Source: Deltaproteobacteria bacterium UBA5329
Lineage (GTDB): Bacteria > Desulfobacterota > Syntrophorhabdia > Syntrophorhabdales > Syntrophorhabdaceae
Direction of reading: 5' to 3'
DNA: 64,000 bases
NCBI GenBank assembly: GCA_002408185.1
Contig: DHQV01000055.1
Location: forward strand, 68,332-132,331
The notes under the pieces are model-generated. The model worked only from the letters and a program-made list of their open reading frames with translations, did not search any database and was not told the DNA's origin. Of this stretch, positions 1-9,549 are shown in pieces; position 1 is the stretch's first letter, and the number at the start of each line of letters is the position of its first letter. Position numbers and translations under genes: made by a program.

Positions 1-1
1 G

Positions 2-931
2 CAGGATGGAAGGTTCAATATCCGTGAAGCCTCGCGCGAGGTCGGCGTCAGGGTGTCCACGTTCCCCACCATCCACGGGGAAAAGGTTGTGCTCAGGCTC
101 CTCGACAAGAGCACGGCGCTCTATGGCATAGACAACCTCGGTTTTTTAAACGATGACAAGGAAAAGATAAAGAACGTGTTGAAGAGGCCGTACGGTTTTA
201 TCCTGTCCACGGGGCCTACCGGAAGTGGAAAATCCACGACACTTTACGCAATCCTCAATTTTATCAATTCGGTCGAGAAGAATATCGTTACGATAGAGGA
301 CCCTGTTGAATATACGTTGGAAGGTCTCGCGCAGGCCCAGGTAAATCCCCGGGCCGGACTGACATTTGAGAGCGGGCTGAGGTCCATTTTAAGGCAGGAC
401 CCCGACATTATCATGGTCGGCGAGATCAGGGACCGTGAAACTGCAAATATAGCGGTACACTCCGCTCTGACGGGCCACCTTGTTTTTTCGACGCTCCACA
501 CGAACGATGCCGCGAGCGCTGTTACCCGGCTTATCGACATGGGCATCGAGCCTTTTCTCGTGACATCGTCCGTGACTTGCGTTATCGGCCAGCGGCTTAT
601 CAGGAAGATATGCCCTGAGTGCAAGGAGTCATACTACCCGGCACCCTCCATTCACAGGACGTTTCAAATACGGGAAGACGTGCTGCTTTACAGGGGAAAG
701 GGGTGCCCTGCCTGTAAATACAGGGGCTATCGCGGCAGGACGGGGATCTACGAGGTCCTGGTCATGGACGATGAATTACGGGAAATGATCAATAACAGGG
801 CGCCAAGCGAAGTTTTGAAGAAGAGGGCCAACGAGAAAGGCATGCGCCTCATGCGCGATGACGCTCTCATGAAAGTCATCTCCGGCATGACCACCCTTGA
901 AGAGGCCCTTAACGTCGTTCAGGAAGACTGA
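2..931 (+). CDS. pilB: Type IV pilus / type II secretion assembly ATPase (PilB/GspE family), 5' end cut by the window edge
   Basis: Frame is open from the window start (QDGRFNIREASREVGVRVSTFPT...). Walker A GPTGSGKST, Walker B DIIMVGEIRD, His box TGHLVFSTLHTN, tetracysteine CPEC...CPAC. pilC follows. Confidence 0.9.
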   Translation, partial: QDGRFNIREASREVGVRVSTFPTIHGEKVVLRLLDKSTALYGIDNLGFLNDDKEKIKNVLKRPYGFILSTGPTGSGKSTTLYAILNFINSVEKNIVTIEDPVEYTLEGLAQAQVNPRAGLTFESGLRSILRQDPDIIMVGEIRDRETANIAVHSALTGHLVFSTLHTNDAASAVTRLIDMGIEPFLVTSSVTCVIGQRLIRKICPECKESYYPAPSIHRTFQIREDVLLYRGKGCPACKYRGYRGRTGIYEVLVMDDELREMINNRAPSEVLKKRANEKGMRLMRDDALMKVISGMTTLEEALNVVQED

Positions 932-947
932 GGGATAAAAGATAGTT

Positions 948-2174
948 ATGGCAACCTTTGCATACAAGGCACGTGATGAAAGGGGCCTTTTGGTCCAGGG
1001 AAATATTGAGGCCGCAACGCAGCGCGAGGCAATGATGCAGCTCGATTCGATGGGGTACATCCCGGTTTCCGCGAAAGAGACCGGAAGATCCGGCTCATCA
1101 TCGGTCGATGATTTCATGCTGCGTTTTCAGAGGGTCAAGTTTGATGACCTCATTTTCTTCACCCGCCAGCTCCGAACGGTAGTGCGGTCCGCAATACCGA
1201 TAGTGACCGGTCTTCGCGCCCTTGCGGAGCAGACCACGAACCCGCGGCTGCAAAAGGCTGTTGTCGCTGTGTCCCAGGACATCGACAAAGGCTTGAGTTT
1301 TTCGGATGCGCTCTCGAAACACAAGGGCGTGTTTTCCGAGATCTACGTGGCCATGGTGCGGTCCGGCGAGACGAGCGGTAATCTCGAGGAGACCCTCGAT
1401 CGGCTTTCAGACCTCCTTGAATTCCAGATGAAGACGAGAGAAACGATCAAGTCCGCTATGCGGTACCCTGTTTTTGTCGTAATAACCTTGATATCGGCAT
1501 TTATTGTCCTTGTCAACGTGGTTGTGCCGAAATTTGCCCCGTTGTTTAAAAGTGCAAAGATCGCTCTTCCCCTCCCGACGCAGATACTTTTGATCATCAA
1601 CGATATTTTTCAAAATTATCTCGGGATATCATTGGCCATTCTTGCCGCCCTTGTTGTCGCTTTTATACTGTATAAGCGAACCGAAGCCGGAAAATACGCA
1701 ATTGACGTTCTCAAGCTCAAGATACCGTTGATCGGTGATGTCATTTTAAAAACATGTATGAGCCGTTTCGCATTTACGCTCGAAAATCTCGTCAGCTCAG
1801 GTGTGCCTATCTTACGGACCCTCGATATTGTCTCGCGAACGGTAGGCAACGAATTCATTGCAAAAAAAGTTCTCGATATTTCGGAGAATATCGAGAAAGG
1901 GCACGGCATTGCGCGACCCCTCAAAGAGGCGAAGATATTCCCCGCTCTTGTTATCCACCTGATCTCGACCGGCGAAGAAACGGGTGCCCTCGAGGATATG
2001 CTTCGTGAGATATCGACGCATTATGACAGAGAGGTAACATATACGGTCAACCGGCTTTCGGCATATATCGAGCCTATTCTAACGGTCGGACTTGCCGGAA
2101 TGGTCCTGTTCCTTGCCCTGGCTATTTTCATGCCATGGTGGAATATCATGAGTGCCATGAGAGGTGCCGGTTGA
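948..2174 (+). CDS. pilC: Type IV pilus / T2SS platform protein (PilC/GspF family)
   Basis: 408 aa with a duplicated GspF-type domain and three hydrophobic segments. Lies directly after the ATPase gene. Confidence 0.9.
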   Translation: MATFAYKARDERGLLVQGNIEAATQREAMMQLDSMGYIPVSAKETGRSGSSSVDDFMLRFQRVKFDDLIFFTRQLRTVVRSAIPIVTGLRALAEQTTNPRLQKAVVAVSQDIDKGLSFSDALSKHKGVFSEIYVAMVRSGETSGNLEETLDRLSDLLEFQMKTRETIKSAMRYPVFVVITLISAFIVLVNVVVPKFAPLFKSAKIALPLPTQILLIINDIFQNYLGISLAILAALVVAFILYKRTEAGKYAIDVLKLKIPLIGDVILKTCMSRFAFTLENLVSSGVPILRTLDIVSRTVGNEFIAKKVLDISENIEKGHGIARPLKEAKIFPALVIHLISTGEETGALEDMLREISTHYDREVTYTVNRLSAYIEPILTVGLAGMVLFLALAIFMPWWNIMSAMRGAG

Positions 2175-3229
2175 AAGCATTTTTCAAAGACCCTGGCAAT
2201 CTGCGGTACAGTCTCAATACCCTTATTCCGCTCGTGGCATTTTTGACGAGCCTCTTCGCCATAACGATCGCTCTCAATGTTATTGCGTCAGCAAAAGGTC
2301 ATATAGCCTGGGCATGGATCTTCGGGGTTTGCATTTTTTCTGCAGTATGTGCGCTGGTGATCGTCCGTGCCGTAATGCAGCCGATCAATGACCTGGTGCA
2401 CAAAGCAGAGGGTTTTGTCAGGATCGAGGAGTTCAGAAAAGAACGGGGGCAAATGCTGGAGGTGTACAAACTTATTGAAAGGTTGATGGACCACGTTCAG
2501 ACGCGTGCTGACGAAAGCGAGCGCAGAGGTCTCATGGAGAGCATGGAGAAACTGGACTATATCATCCCTCTCGGATACATGTCGCTCATGGTCGCCCACG
2601 AGGTAAGGAACCCCCTCAACACGATAACCGGCATGAGCGAGCTTCTGAAACAGCGGATCACCGACGAGTCGCAAAAAAGGTATATCGCGGCCATGCTCGA
2701 CGCGGCAAAAAAAATAGATGTTTTTACAAGTGAGCTCCTCGATTTCACGGACAATGAGTTTTCAGGAGAGGAAATCGATCTATACGGGATGGTGCAGGAC
2801 GCCGTTGAAGCGATATCGGCCAGTTATGAGGGTGTCCGGATAGATCATCAGAAAAAAGGCAGGCTGATCTGCTTTGCGGACAGGGTAAAGCTTTACCAGG
2901 TTATCTTCAATATACTCAAGAACGCTGCCGGCTATGAGAAGGACGGCGGCACCATAAAGATAGACATACGCCGGGATGAAAAGAACATTGCCATCGTAAT
3001 AACGAACAAGAGTTCGCGGATCCTGCCGGAAGATTATCAGTCGGTTTTCAAACCTTTCTTTACGAGAAAAAAAGAGGGCAAGGGACTGGGGCTTTTCATC
3101 GGAATGCGCAATATGAAGCTTCATGGCGGAGATATCAAGGTCCACAGTTCCGATGCCGGGACCTCGTTTACGGTAGAATTGCCCGTATACAAGGCAAATG
3201 GCGAGTCCCGGGAGAAAATGCCGGCATGA
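2135..3229 (+). CDS. Membrane sensor histidine kinase in the PilS position
   Basis: Two N-terminal TM segments, H-box HEVRNPLNTITGMSELL, and a HATPase_c region (GKGLGLFI, GGDIKVHS). A TTG at 2171 overlapping the pilC stop (TTGA) is an alternative start with GAGAGG upstream. Confidence 0.8.
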   Translation: MVEYHECHERCRLKAFFKDPGNLRYSLNTLIPLVAFLTSLFAITIALNVIASAKGHIAWAWIFGVCIFSAVCALVIVRAVMQPINDLVHKAEGFVRIEEFRKERGQMLEVYKLIERLMDHVQTRADESERRGLMESMEKLDYIIPLGYMSLMVAHEVRNPLNTITGMSELLKQRITDESQKRYIAAMLDAAKKIDVFTSELLDFTDNEFSGEEIDLYGMVQDAVEAISASYEGVRIDHQKKGRLICFADRVKLYQVIFNILKNAAGYEKDGGTIKIDIRRDEKNIAIVITNKSSRILPEDYQSVFKPFFTRKKEGKGLGLFIGMRNMKLHGGDIKVHSSDAGTSFTVELPVYKANGESREKMPA

Positions 3230-3270
3230 CGTGAGGCCCCTCGTTTGGTCCTGATGGGTAAAAGGATATT

Positions 3271-4617
3271 ATGGGCGAACGGATCATTATAATAGAAGAC
3301 GACCAGGGTGTACGGTTCTTCCTGGAAGAAGCCCTGAAAGGTGAAGGTTACAGGGTAAATTCCTTCGAGAGTTACGAGGACGCATACCGTTCTATCAGGA
3401 ACGATACGGACCTCGTCATAATGGATATAAGCCTTCCCGGGCTTGACGGTCTTTCGGCAACGACCGCGATCAAGGCAAAGTACGATGTTCCCGTACTTGT
3501 TATCACGGCCTATGGTACAAAGAAGAATGCACTCGAGGCAATCAAAAGGGGTGCGACGGATTTTTTTGTAAAGCCTATTCTGCTCGATGAATTGAAGGTC
3601 GTCTCGAGAAGGGTCCTTGGCACGCGGCGACTGAAAAAAGAAGTCGAACTGCTTCGCGAGAAGGAACTGGAAAACCACGTATTTCACGGGGTTGTCGGCA
3701 AGTCCGTGCAAATGAAGGATATTTTCAAACAGGCAGAGAAGATCGCCGGAAAAGGGTTGAATGTTCTCGTCACCGGAGAAACGGGTGTTGGAAAAGAAGA
3801 GATAGCGAAGCTTGTCCACATCCTGTCAAATCGCAAGGGTGAGTTTATTGTCGTTAACTGTGCGTCTATACCGGATAATCTCCTCGAGAGCGAGCTTTTC
3901 GGCTACGAGAAGGGTGCGTTTACAGGAGCAACCCAGCAGAAAGCCGGGAAATTCGAGGTGGCGCATGGCGGGACCATAGTTCTTGACGAGATAGGCGAGA
4001 TGAGCCCGTACCTTCAGGCAAAGCTGTTGCGTGTAGTTGAGAAGCGGGAGATCGAGCATCTCGGGTCAACCAGGACAAACAAAATCGACATCCACGTAAT
4101 TTCAACGACGAACCGTGTCCTTGAAAGCGAGATAAAAGAGGGTAAGTTCAGGGAAGACCTGTTCTTCCGGCTTTCCCAGATACAAATCAGGATCCCGCCC
4201 CTGCGGGAGCGGCGGAATGACATTCAGGTCCTTGTCGATTATGTCCTGAAAAATATAGAAAATGAGACCGGCAGGGTAATGACGCTATCCGAGGATGCTG
4301 CAAAAGTCCTCATCGATTATCCCTGGCCGGGCAATGCCCGGGAGCTCATCGGGACGCTCAAGCGGGCGTCTGTCATGTGCGATGGTGATGTGATCGGGCT
4401 CGATGACCTTCCCCTGCACCTTCGGGCCGAACATCTTCTTTCGGGCTCCGTCAATACCTATACCATGCTCGATGATGCGATATCGGCACTGGAAAAAACG
4501 ATGATCATCGATGCGCTCAAGAAGTCGAACGGATCCCAGACGAAAGCAGCGCGGCTTCTTGGCATCTCGGACCGAAGCATGTGGTACCGTGTGAAAAAGT
4601 ACGAGATTGGGATGTAA
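3271..4617 (+). CDS. pilR: Sigma-54-dependent response regulator (NtrC family, PilR-like)
   Basis: Receiver domain (IMDISLPGLDG), AAA+ sigma-54 interaction domain (GETGVGKE, GAFTGA, ELFGYEKG) and a C-terminal Fis-type HTH (QTKAARLLGISDRSMWYRVKKY). Sits immediately upstream of a sigma-54-driven pilin gene. Confidence 0.85.
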   Translation: MGERIIIIEDDQGVRFFLEEALKGEGYRVNSFESYEDAYRSIRNDTDLVIMDISLPGLDGLSATTAIKAKYDVPVLVITAYGTKKNALEAIKRGATDFFVKPILLDELKVVSRRVLGTRRLKKEVELLREKELENHVFHGVVGKSVQMKDIFKQAEKIAGKGLNVLVTGETGVGKEEIAKLVHILSNRKGEFIVVNCASIPDNLLESELFGYEKGAFTGATQQKAGKFEVAHGGTIVLDEIGEMSPYLQAKLLRVVEKREIEHLGSTRTNKIDIHVISTTNRVLESEIKEGKFREDLFFRLSQIQIRIPPLRERRNDIQVLVDYVLKNIENETGRVMTLSEDAAKVLIDYPWPGNARELIGTLKRASVMCDGDVIGLDDLPLHLRAEHLLSGSVNTYTMLDDAISALEKTMIIDALKKSNGSQTKAARLLGISDRSMWYRVKKYEIGM

Positions 4618-4642
4618 CACGTGTTAAACGATGCGATACGAA

Positions 4643-4681
4643 GCTACAAAAATTGTAGCAACCTCTTACAAAAATTGTTGC
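4643..4681 (+). promoter_or_regulatory. Putative enhancer (UAS) sites for the PilR-like activator
   Basis: Perfect palindrome GCTACAA-N3-TTGTAGC at 4643-4659 and a degenerate second copy CTTACAAAAATTGTTGC at 4665-4681. These lie about 135-170 bp upstream of the -24 element. Confidence 0.5.
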
Positions 4682-4814
4682 TTTCCCGATAACGACCCGG
4701 CAAAGAATTAGATTTTACTGTTTGCACGTACATATTTCTTACATATTTCTTGCATTTTAGCGTCCTAAACAGTATAAAAGGTCATTCATAAAACAAAGGT
4801 TTCCCAAAGGCTTG

Positions 4815-4830
4815 TGGCATTACATTTGCA
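4815..4830 (+). promoter_or_regulatory. Sigma-54 (-24/-12) promoter of the pilin gene
   Basis: TGGCAT-TACAT-TTGCA matches TGGCAC-N5-TTGCW. The element ends about 50 nt upstream of the pilin ATG. Confidence 0.8.
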
Positions 4831-4881
4831 AACACAAATCACAAACGTAGAACCAGGAGAAAATACCAGGAGGACCCGCTC

Positions 4882-5301
4882 ATGAAGGCTCTTAAGAACA
4901 ATAAAGGTTTTACCCTGATAGAACTGATCATCGTTATCATCATTATAGGTATCCTCGCTGCCGTAGCTTTACCGAAATACCTTGAGATCAAGCAGGATGC
5001 CGGTGATGCGACGGCGAAAGGTGTTTTAAGCGCATTGAGGGGAGCAAGCGGAATACTTTTTGCTCAGTACAATATTAAAGGCACCATAGCGGCGTACACG
5101 ATGGGTGACATCATTGGCGCTGCAAGCATTCAGGGCGTTACGCTTGCAAAGACGACCGAGGGCGGGGTCGAGATACAGGTCCCCGGTGCGGCCACTTACG
5201 CCGTAACGGTCAGTCAGGCGGCAGTGATGCCGACAACTCCGGCATCGCTCGCCTGCTCAAGTGTCTCCGCGGGCGACGCGGGACGGTGCACGACATGGTA
5301 A
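4882..5301 (+). CDS. pilA: Type IVa pilin precursor
   Basis: Class III signal MKALKNNKG|FTLIELIIVIIIIGILAAVALP (Gly-1, Phe+1, Glu+5), a C-terminal Cys pair (CSSVSAGDAGRC), and AGGAGG as RBS. Confidence 0.9.
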   Translation: MKALKNNKGFTLIELIIVIIIIGILAAVALPKYLEIKQDAGDATAKGVLSALRGASGILFAQYNIKGTIAAYTMGDIIGAASIQGVTLAKTTEGGVEIQVPGAATYAVTVSQAAVMPTTPASLACSSVSAGDAGRCTTW

Positions 5302-5328
5302 GCCAGGGGTCCCGGCACTACGGATGAT

Positions 5329-7656
5329 TTGAACAGGTTTAGGGATTTTCTCAGCATCGCGTTCTTTCTCGCTGTCGGCCTCCTTTATTTCAATCCGATG
5401 CTTTCATCAAAGGTCATCTTTACAGAAAGGGACCTTGCGCCTTTTTTTATCCCGCCGAAAATGCTGTGGGTATCGCAGCTCAAGAACCTGCAGTTCCCGT
5501 TCTGGAATCCCCACAATTATTGCGGTATACCGCTTCTGGCAACCCTGCAGCCCGGGATCTTCTACCCGCCGCATATCTTTTACCTGGTCTTTCCTTTCAA
5601 CATAGTCTGGAACTGGCTCGTCATCCTGCATTTCGTTTTCGCCGCGGCGACCATGTACGCATTTCTGCGTTTCATGAAGGTGTCGCATCCGGGGTCAACG
5701 GTAGGCGGTGCCGTCTTTATGCTTGCGGGTTATCTGCTTTCCGTGCATAACCTTCTTCCCCATCTCTTCGGCGTAGCATGGTTTCCGCTGATCCTGCTCT
5801 ACTTCCTGAAATATTTTGAAAGTGAAAGGCAACGTCATCTTATCCTCGCATCGATCTTCCTCGTCATTCAGTTCCTCGCCGGTGCACCCGAGATCGTTAT
5901 CCTTACCGGGATCGTGCTCGTTATCACCATTTTCTTCCTGGGGGCCATCCTGGATAAGGATATTCCGCTTAGGTCCCGTGTGAAGGGACTCGTCTTGCTG
6001 GGAGTCATTGTGGTGTTGCTGTCGGGCATACAGCTGACGGCCTTTTACGAACTTCACCGGTACAGCATCAGGTCCGCCGGATTGAGCTATGCGAGCGCGA
6101 CCACATGGTCCTTTGCATGGAAGGATTTCATCCAGTTCTTTCTCCCCGACTTCTTTGGCTATCAGCAGACGATCGAAAAATACTGGCTCAACCAGTCATG
6201 GCTGAAAACGCTTTATCTCGGCATCGGGCCGTTACTTTTTTCGGTGCTGTTCTTTGCAAAAGGCGGCAGGACCAGGTGGTTCTTTCTCGGCCTTGTAGTT
6301 TTCAGCCTCGTACTGGGACTTGGCGGAAATACGCCGGTCTATAAGCTCCTTCACAAGATACCGCCCTTCAATTCCGTCCGGTACCCCGTTAAATTCCTGT
6401 TCCTTCTTTTCTTTGCACTATCGGCGATGACAGCAATGGGACTCGATATTCTCAGGAAGGGAATCGCCTACAAAGACAGGACGGTAAGGCGAATAGTCCT
6501 GGTTTTTTTTTATTCGGGTTTTCTCTGCGCTCTGGGATGGGCTTTTCTCAACTTCCGTTATAATGAGATCACGGCTTTCCTGGAGCACAGGAACATACGC
6601 CCCCCGCTGTTCAATGACATATGGTTCAACCTGCACAACGCGAAAAGATTCCTGCTTTTCTCATTTGTACTGTGCACCGGCATTTTCCTGTACCTTGAAT
6701 TGCGCGCCAAAAGAATTGTCCTTGGCTTCATCGCTGCCGTGCTTGTTGCGGACCTGTTCCTCGCGAATTACGGCTTCTACGGATCTGCCTCGTGGCGATG
6801 GTTCAAGACCCCGGACGCCTTCGCGAAAGTACTCGCAGACAACAGGGAAACCGAAAGGTTCATGGTGTCGGTCAAGACCGAGGATGACCTGAACAGCATT
6901 CTGCTCGGGAAAGATCTCCTCGTCGCCCCTTACGCCGCAGTCCACGGCCTTTACGGGATCGGGGGCGCCGAGGTCATGCGTATCGATCACCAGGACAAAT
7001 ATCTCCGTCTGTTCAACTGCGTGAAGAATATCCGAGAGGCCCGTAATTTACTGGACATTGGAGGCGTGAAGTATGCGATCCTCTCATATCCCGTTGAAAA
7101 CGATCAGTTCAGGCTCGTAAAAAAGGAAGCTTTGAATGACAAAGAGGTCTATCTTTACGAATACCGTGGATACCCGGGGAGATTTCTCTTTTTCAGCAAT
7201 GCCCGGTATTTTACCGATGACAATGAGGTCATGCTGAGGATCATCGATCAGGGCTTTGACCTCAAGCGGGAGCTGATCATTTCAGGCCAGCCTCGCCCCG
7301 GGCTTGCCCGGAACCCCCGTGCAAAGGGTGCCGTGACCCTGGTATCATATGAGCCTGCAAAGGTGGTCCTGACGTCCCGGTGTGAGGGCAACGGGTTTCT
7401 TTATATCGGCGATACCTGGTATCCCGGATGGCGGGCATATGTTGATGGCAGGCGAACAAAGGTATACCGGGCGAACCTTGCATTCAGGGCGATCGAGGTG
7501 CCGGCCGGCGAGCACACTGTTGTTTTCGCCTATGTGCCCATCAGTTTCTACGCCGGGTGTATCTTGACTGTTTTCGGAATGATCCTGTCTACTTGGCTGT
7601 GGCGAAAGGGGCCGAAAATCAGGGACCCGATCCTAAAAAATGAAAAACTTCTTTAA
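5329..7656 (+). CDS. YfhO-like polytopic membrane protein (GT-C-type glycosyltransferase candidate)
   Basis: 775 aa with more than 10 predicted TM segments. The C-terminal soluble part ends in the YfhO-type motif WYPGWRAYVDGRRTKVYRANLAFRAIEVPAGEHTVVFAYVP followed by a last TM. TTG start, so the exact start is uncertain. Confidence 0.65.
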   Translation: MNRFRDFLSIAFFLAVGLLYFNPMLSSKVIFTERDLAPFFIPPKMLWVSQLKNLQFPFWNPHNYCGIPLLATLQPGIFYPPHIFYLVFPFNIVWNWLVILHFVFAAATMYAFLRFMKVSHPGSTVGGAVFMLAGYLLSVHNLLPHLFGVAWFPLILLYFLKYFESERQRHLILASIFLVIQFLAGAPEIVILTGIVLVITIFFLGAILDKDIPLRSRVKGLVLLGVIVVLLSGIQLTAFYELHRYSIRSAGLSYASATTWSFAWKDFIQFFLPDFFGYQQTIEKYWLNQSWLKTLYLGIGPLLFSVLFFAKGGRTRWFFLGLVVFSLVLGLGGNTPVYKLLHKIPPFNSVRYPVKFLFLLFFALSAMTAMGLDILRKGIAYKDRTVRRIVLVFFYSGFLCALGWAFLNFRYNEITAFLEHRNIRPPLFNDIWFNLHNAKRFLLFSFVLCTGIFLYLELRAKRIVLGFIAAVLVADLFLANYGFYGSASWRWFKTPDAFAKVLADNRETERFMVSVKTEDDLNSILLGKDLLVAPYAAVHGLYGIGGAEVMRIDHQDKYLRLFNCVKNIREARNLLDIGGVKYAILSYPVENDQFRLVKKEALNDKEVYLYEYRGYPGRFLFFSNARYFTDDNEVMLRIIDQGFDLKRELIISGQPRPGLARNPRAKGAVTLVSYEPAKVVLTSRCEGNGFLYIGDTWYPGWRAYVDGRRTKVYRANLAFRAIEVPAGEHTVVFAYVPISFYAGCILTVFGMILSTWLWRKGPKIRDPILKNEKLL

Positions 7657-7693
7657 AAATTGGTTATATTAGTACTATTATAGATAATACACT

Positions 7694-8302
7694 ATGGAAA
7701 CCATTCTGCTGATAGAAGACGACGTTGCCCTGAGGGCACAGGTACGGTTTGCTCTTGAGGAACGTTTTGAGGTCAAAGAGGCGGCGAATGTCCAGAAGGC
7801 TGTCCATATTCTCAATTCAGAACGTATAACGCTGGCGATTCTGGACCTCGGATTGCCTCCCCACGAAAATACCCCTCAGGAAGGCTTAAGGCTTCTTCAC
7901 TATATTCTCGAAAATTTTGGCCTGAAGGTTATTATTTTCACAGGCCAGAAGACGGAGAGCGCGGCCCTCGAATCTATCAAATCGGGGGCGTTCGATTATC
8001 TCGTAAAGCCCGTCTCGATCGAGCAGCTTATGTTCTCGGTGGACCGCGCGATACTTTTCCGGGATACAGAGGAGAAATTATCCCGGCAGGGCACAGCGAG
8101 GATAAGTTTTGGGGTCGAAGTGGGCAAGGGCCTTCAGCCTGCCCGGGACGAGGCCGAAAAGAACATTATCTTTAAGGTCCTGAAGGACACGAATTTTAAC
8201 GTATACAAATCTGCAAAGCTTCTCGGCGTGAAACGGGAAAGCCTTTACTATTTCATAAAGAAGTTCGGTTTTAAAAGGGAAGACATTGATGATAACCCTT
8301 AA
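7694..8302 (+). CDS. Response regulator: receiver domain plus Fis-type HTH, with no AAA+ domain
   Basis: Receiver motifs (LLIEDD, LAILDLGLPP, KP) and a C-terminal HTH (NVYKSAKLLGVKRESLYYFIKKFG). At 202 aa it is too short to hold a sigma-54 AAA+ module. Confidence 0.8.
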   Translation: METILLIEDDVALRAQVRFALEERFEVKEAANVQKAVHILNSERITLAILDLGLPPHENTPQEGLRLLHYILENFGLKVIIFTGQKTESAALESIKSGAFDYLVKPVSIEQLMFSVDRAILFRDTEEKLSRQGTARISFGVEVGKGLQPARDEAEKNIIFKVLKDTNFNVYKSAKLLGVKRESLYYFIKKFGFKREDIDDNP

Positions 8303-9407
8303 ACTGCTTCAGTCGATGTATCTTTTTGTCATCGTGGCCGGTGCCGTTGCACTGGTCATTCTTTTTTATTTGCGGTATTTGACAAACCGCGCCTCCAAGG
8401 TTCAACTGCGCATGGTGGATGCGAATAAGGCATGCAATTACGATATTGCCCTTTTCTTGCCGAGAGTCAACGATCTCGTGAAAGTTGCGGAGATCCAGGA
8501 AATATTTTATGAGATAAGCTATGGCGAAAGCACCCTTTCGAAGCCGGGATCCGAGAAAAGGCGTACGATCACGCGAAAGATCGCACGTCCGGATTATTCG
8601 ATAGACCTTGGTATAGTTCCGATAAGTCCGCGGGGTTATAAAAGATATATTTACATGATCATTTTCGAAACGCTGTTCCTGCTGATCGAGATGGATATAT
8701 TGATGAAAATAAAGGTCGCCAACGAGGCTTTGCTTAATTTTTCAAAACTGCAGACATTCCTTCTTCATGACGTCAAGAACGTAACCCAGTTCATCAAGGG
8801 GTTCATTTATAATATTGAGCGTATAAGCGGACCGGAGCGCGAACACAGGTTTATCGAGTATTTAAAGGAGTCGGTTCCTGCGCTTACCGTGAGAACGGAC
8901 AAGATACTCTCTACACTGGAGATCGGTGTGGAAAAAGACGAGGAGGGCGATGAACAGGAGGTTGACGTTGCAAGTCTCATAAAAGACCTCTTTGCCTTGT
9001 ACGATATAAAGGGTGAAGCTACAGGGCGGGGGACAATAATTACCCAGAAGCATAAAATGGTCACCATTTTTGACAATATAATAAAGAACATCCGTGAAAA
9101 ATCCGGAAGAGAACCGGGGATCGAAAGCTTCGCTTTTGTTCGCGAGGAAACCGGCGCAATTACGGTCATTATTTACGATACAGGGAGTCCAATCAAGAAT
9201 ATTGAAAGGATGTTCGAACCTTTTTACACGACAAAAGAGTCGGGGCTTGGCATCGGGTTATTTCAGGCTCGGCATATCACAAAAAAACTTGGCGGAAATA
9301 TGACCGTAGCGAATACCAACAGGGGCGTAGAATTTACCGTGAGTTTGCCCAGGGGAATAATATCCGATAATGCCGAGGCCCCCAAGGCCGTCGTTTACGC
9401 AAATTGA
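8286..9407 (+). CDS. Membrane histidine kinase with an HDxKN-type H-box
   Basis: N-terminal TM, H-box FLLHDVKNVTQF, G-boxes DTGSPI and GLGIGLF. Overlaps the regulator gene; an ATG lies at 8289. Confidence 0.75.
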   Translation: MMITLKLLQSMYLFVIVAGAVALVILFYLRYLTNRASKVQLRMVDANKACNYDIALFLPRVNDLVKVAEIQEIFYEISYGESTLSKPGSEKRRTITRKIARPDYSIDLGIVPISPRGYKRYIYMIIFETLFLLIEMDILMKIKVANEALLNFSKLQTFLLHDVKNVTQFIKGFIYNIERISGPEREHRFIEYLKESVPALTVRTDKILSTLEIGVEKDEEGDEQEVDVASLIKDLFALYDIKGEATGRGTIITQKHKMVTIFDNIIKNIREKSGREPGIESFAFVREETGAITVIIYDTGSPIKNIERMFEPFYTTKESGLGIGLFQARHITKKLGGNMTVANTNRGVEFTVSLPRGIISDNAEAPKAVVYAN

Positions 9408-9549
9408 AATAAAGAACCATTATCCTGTCACAAGAAAGCACCTGTAAAATTACACTATCTGTAAATTGATTCTACATCTTGCATAGATTTCCAATTCCCA
9501 ATATATTGATTTCAGGATCAAATCAGGTCGCAAAAGGACGGAATATATC

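Noticed and set aside
4882-5301. The idea that the pilin is a Geobacter-type conductive e-pilin.
   Set aside because: The mature protein is about 130 aa with a full C-terminal globular part and a disulfide pair. It has only 7 aromatic residues (about 5 percent), so it is neither truncated nor aromatic-dense.
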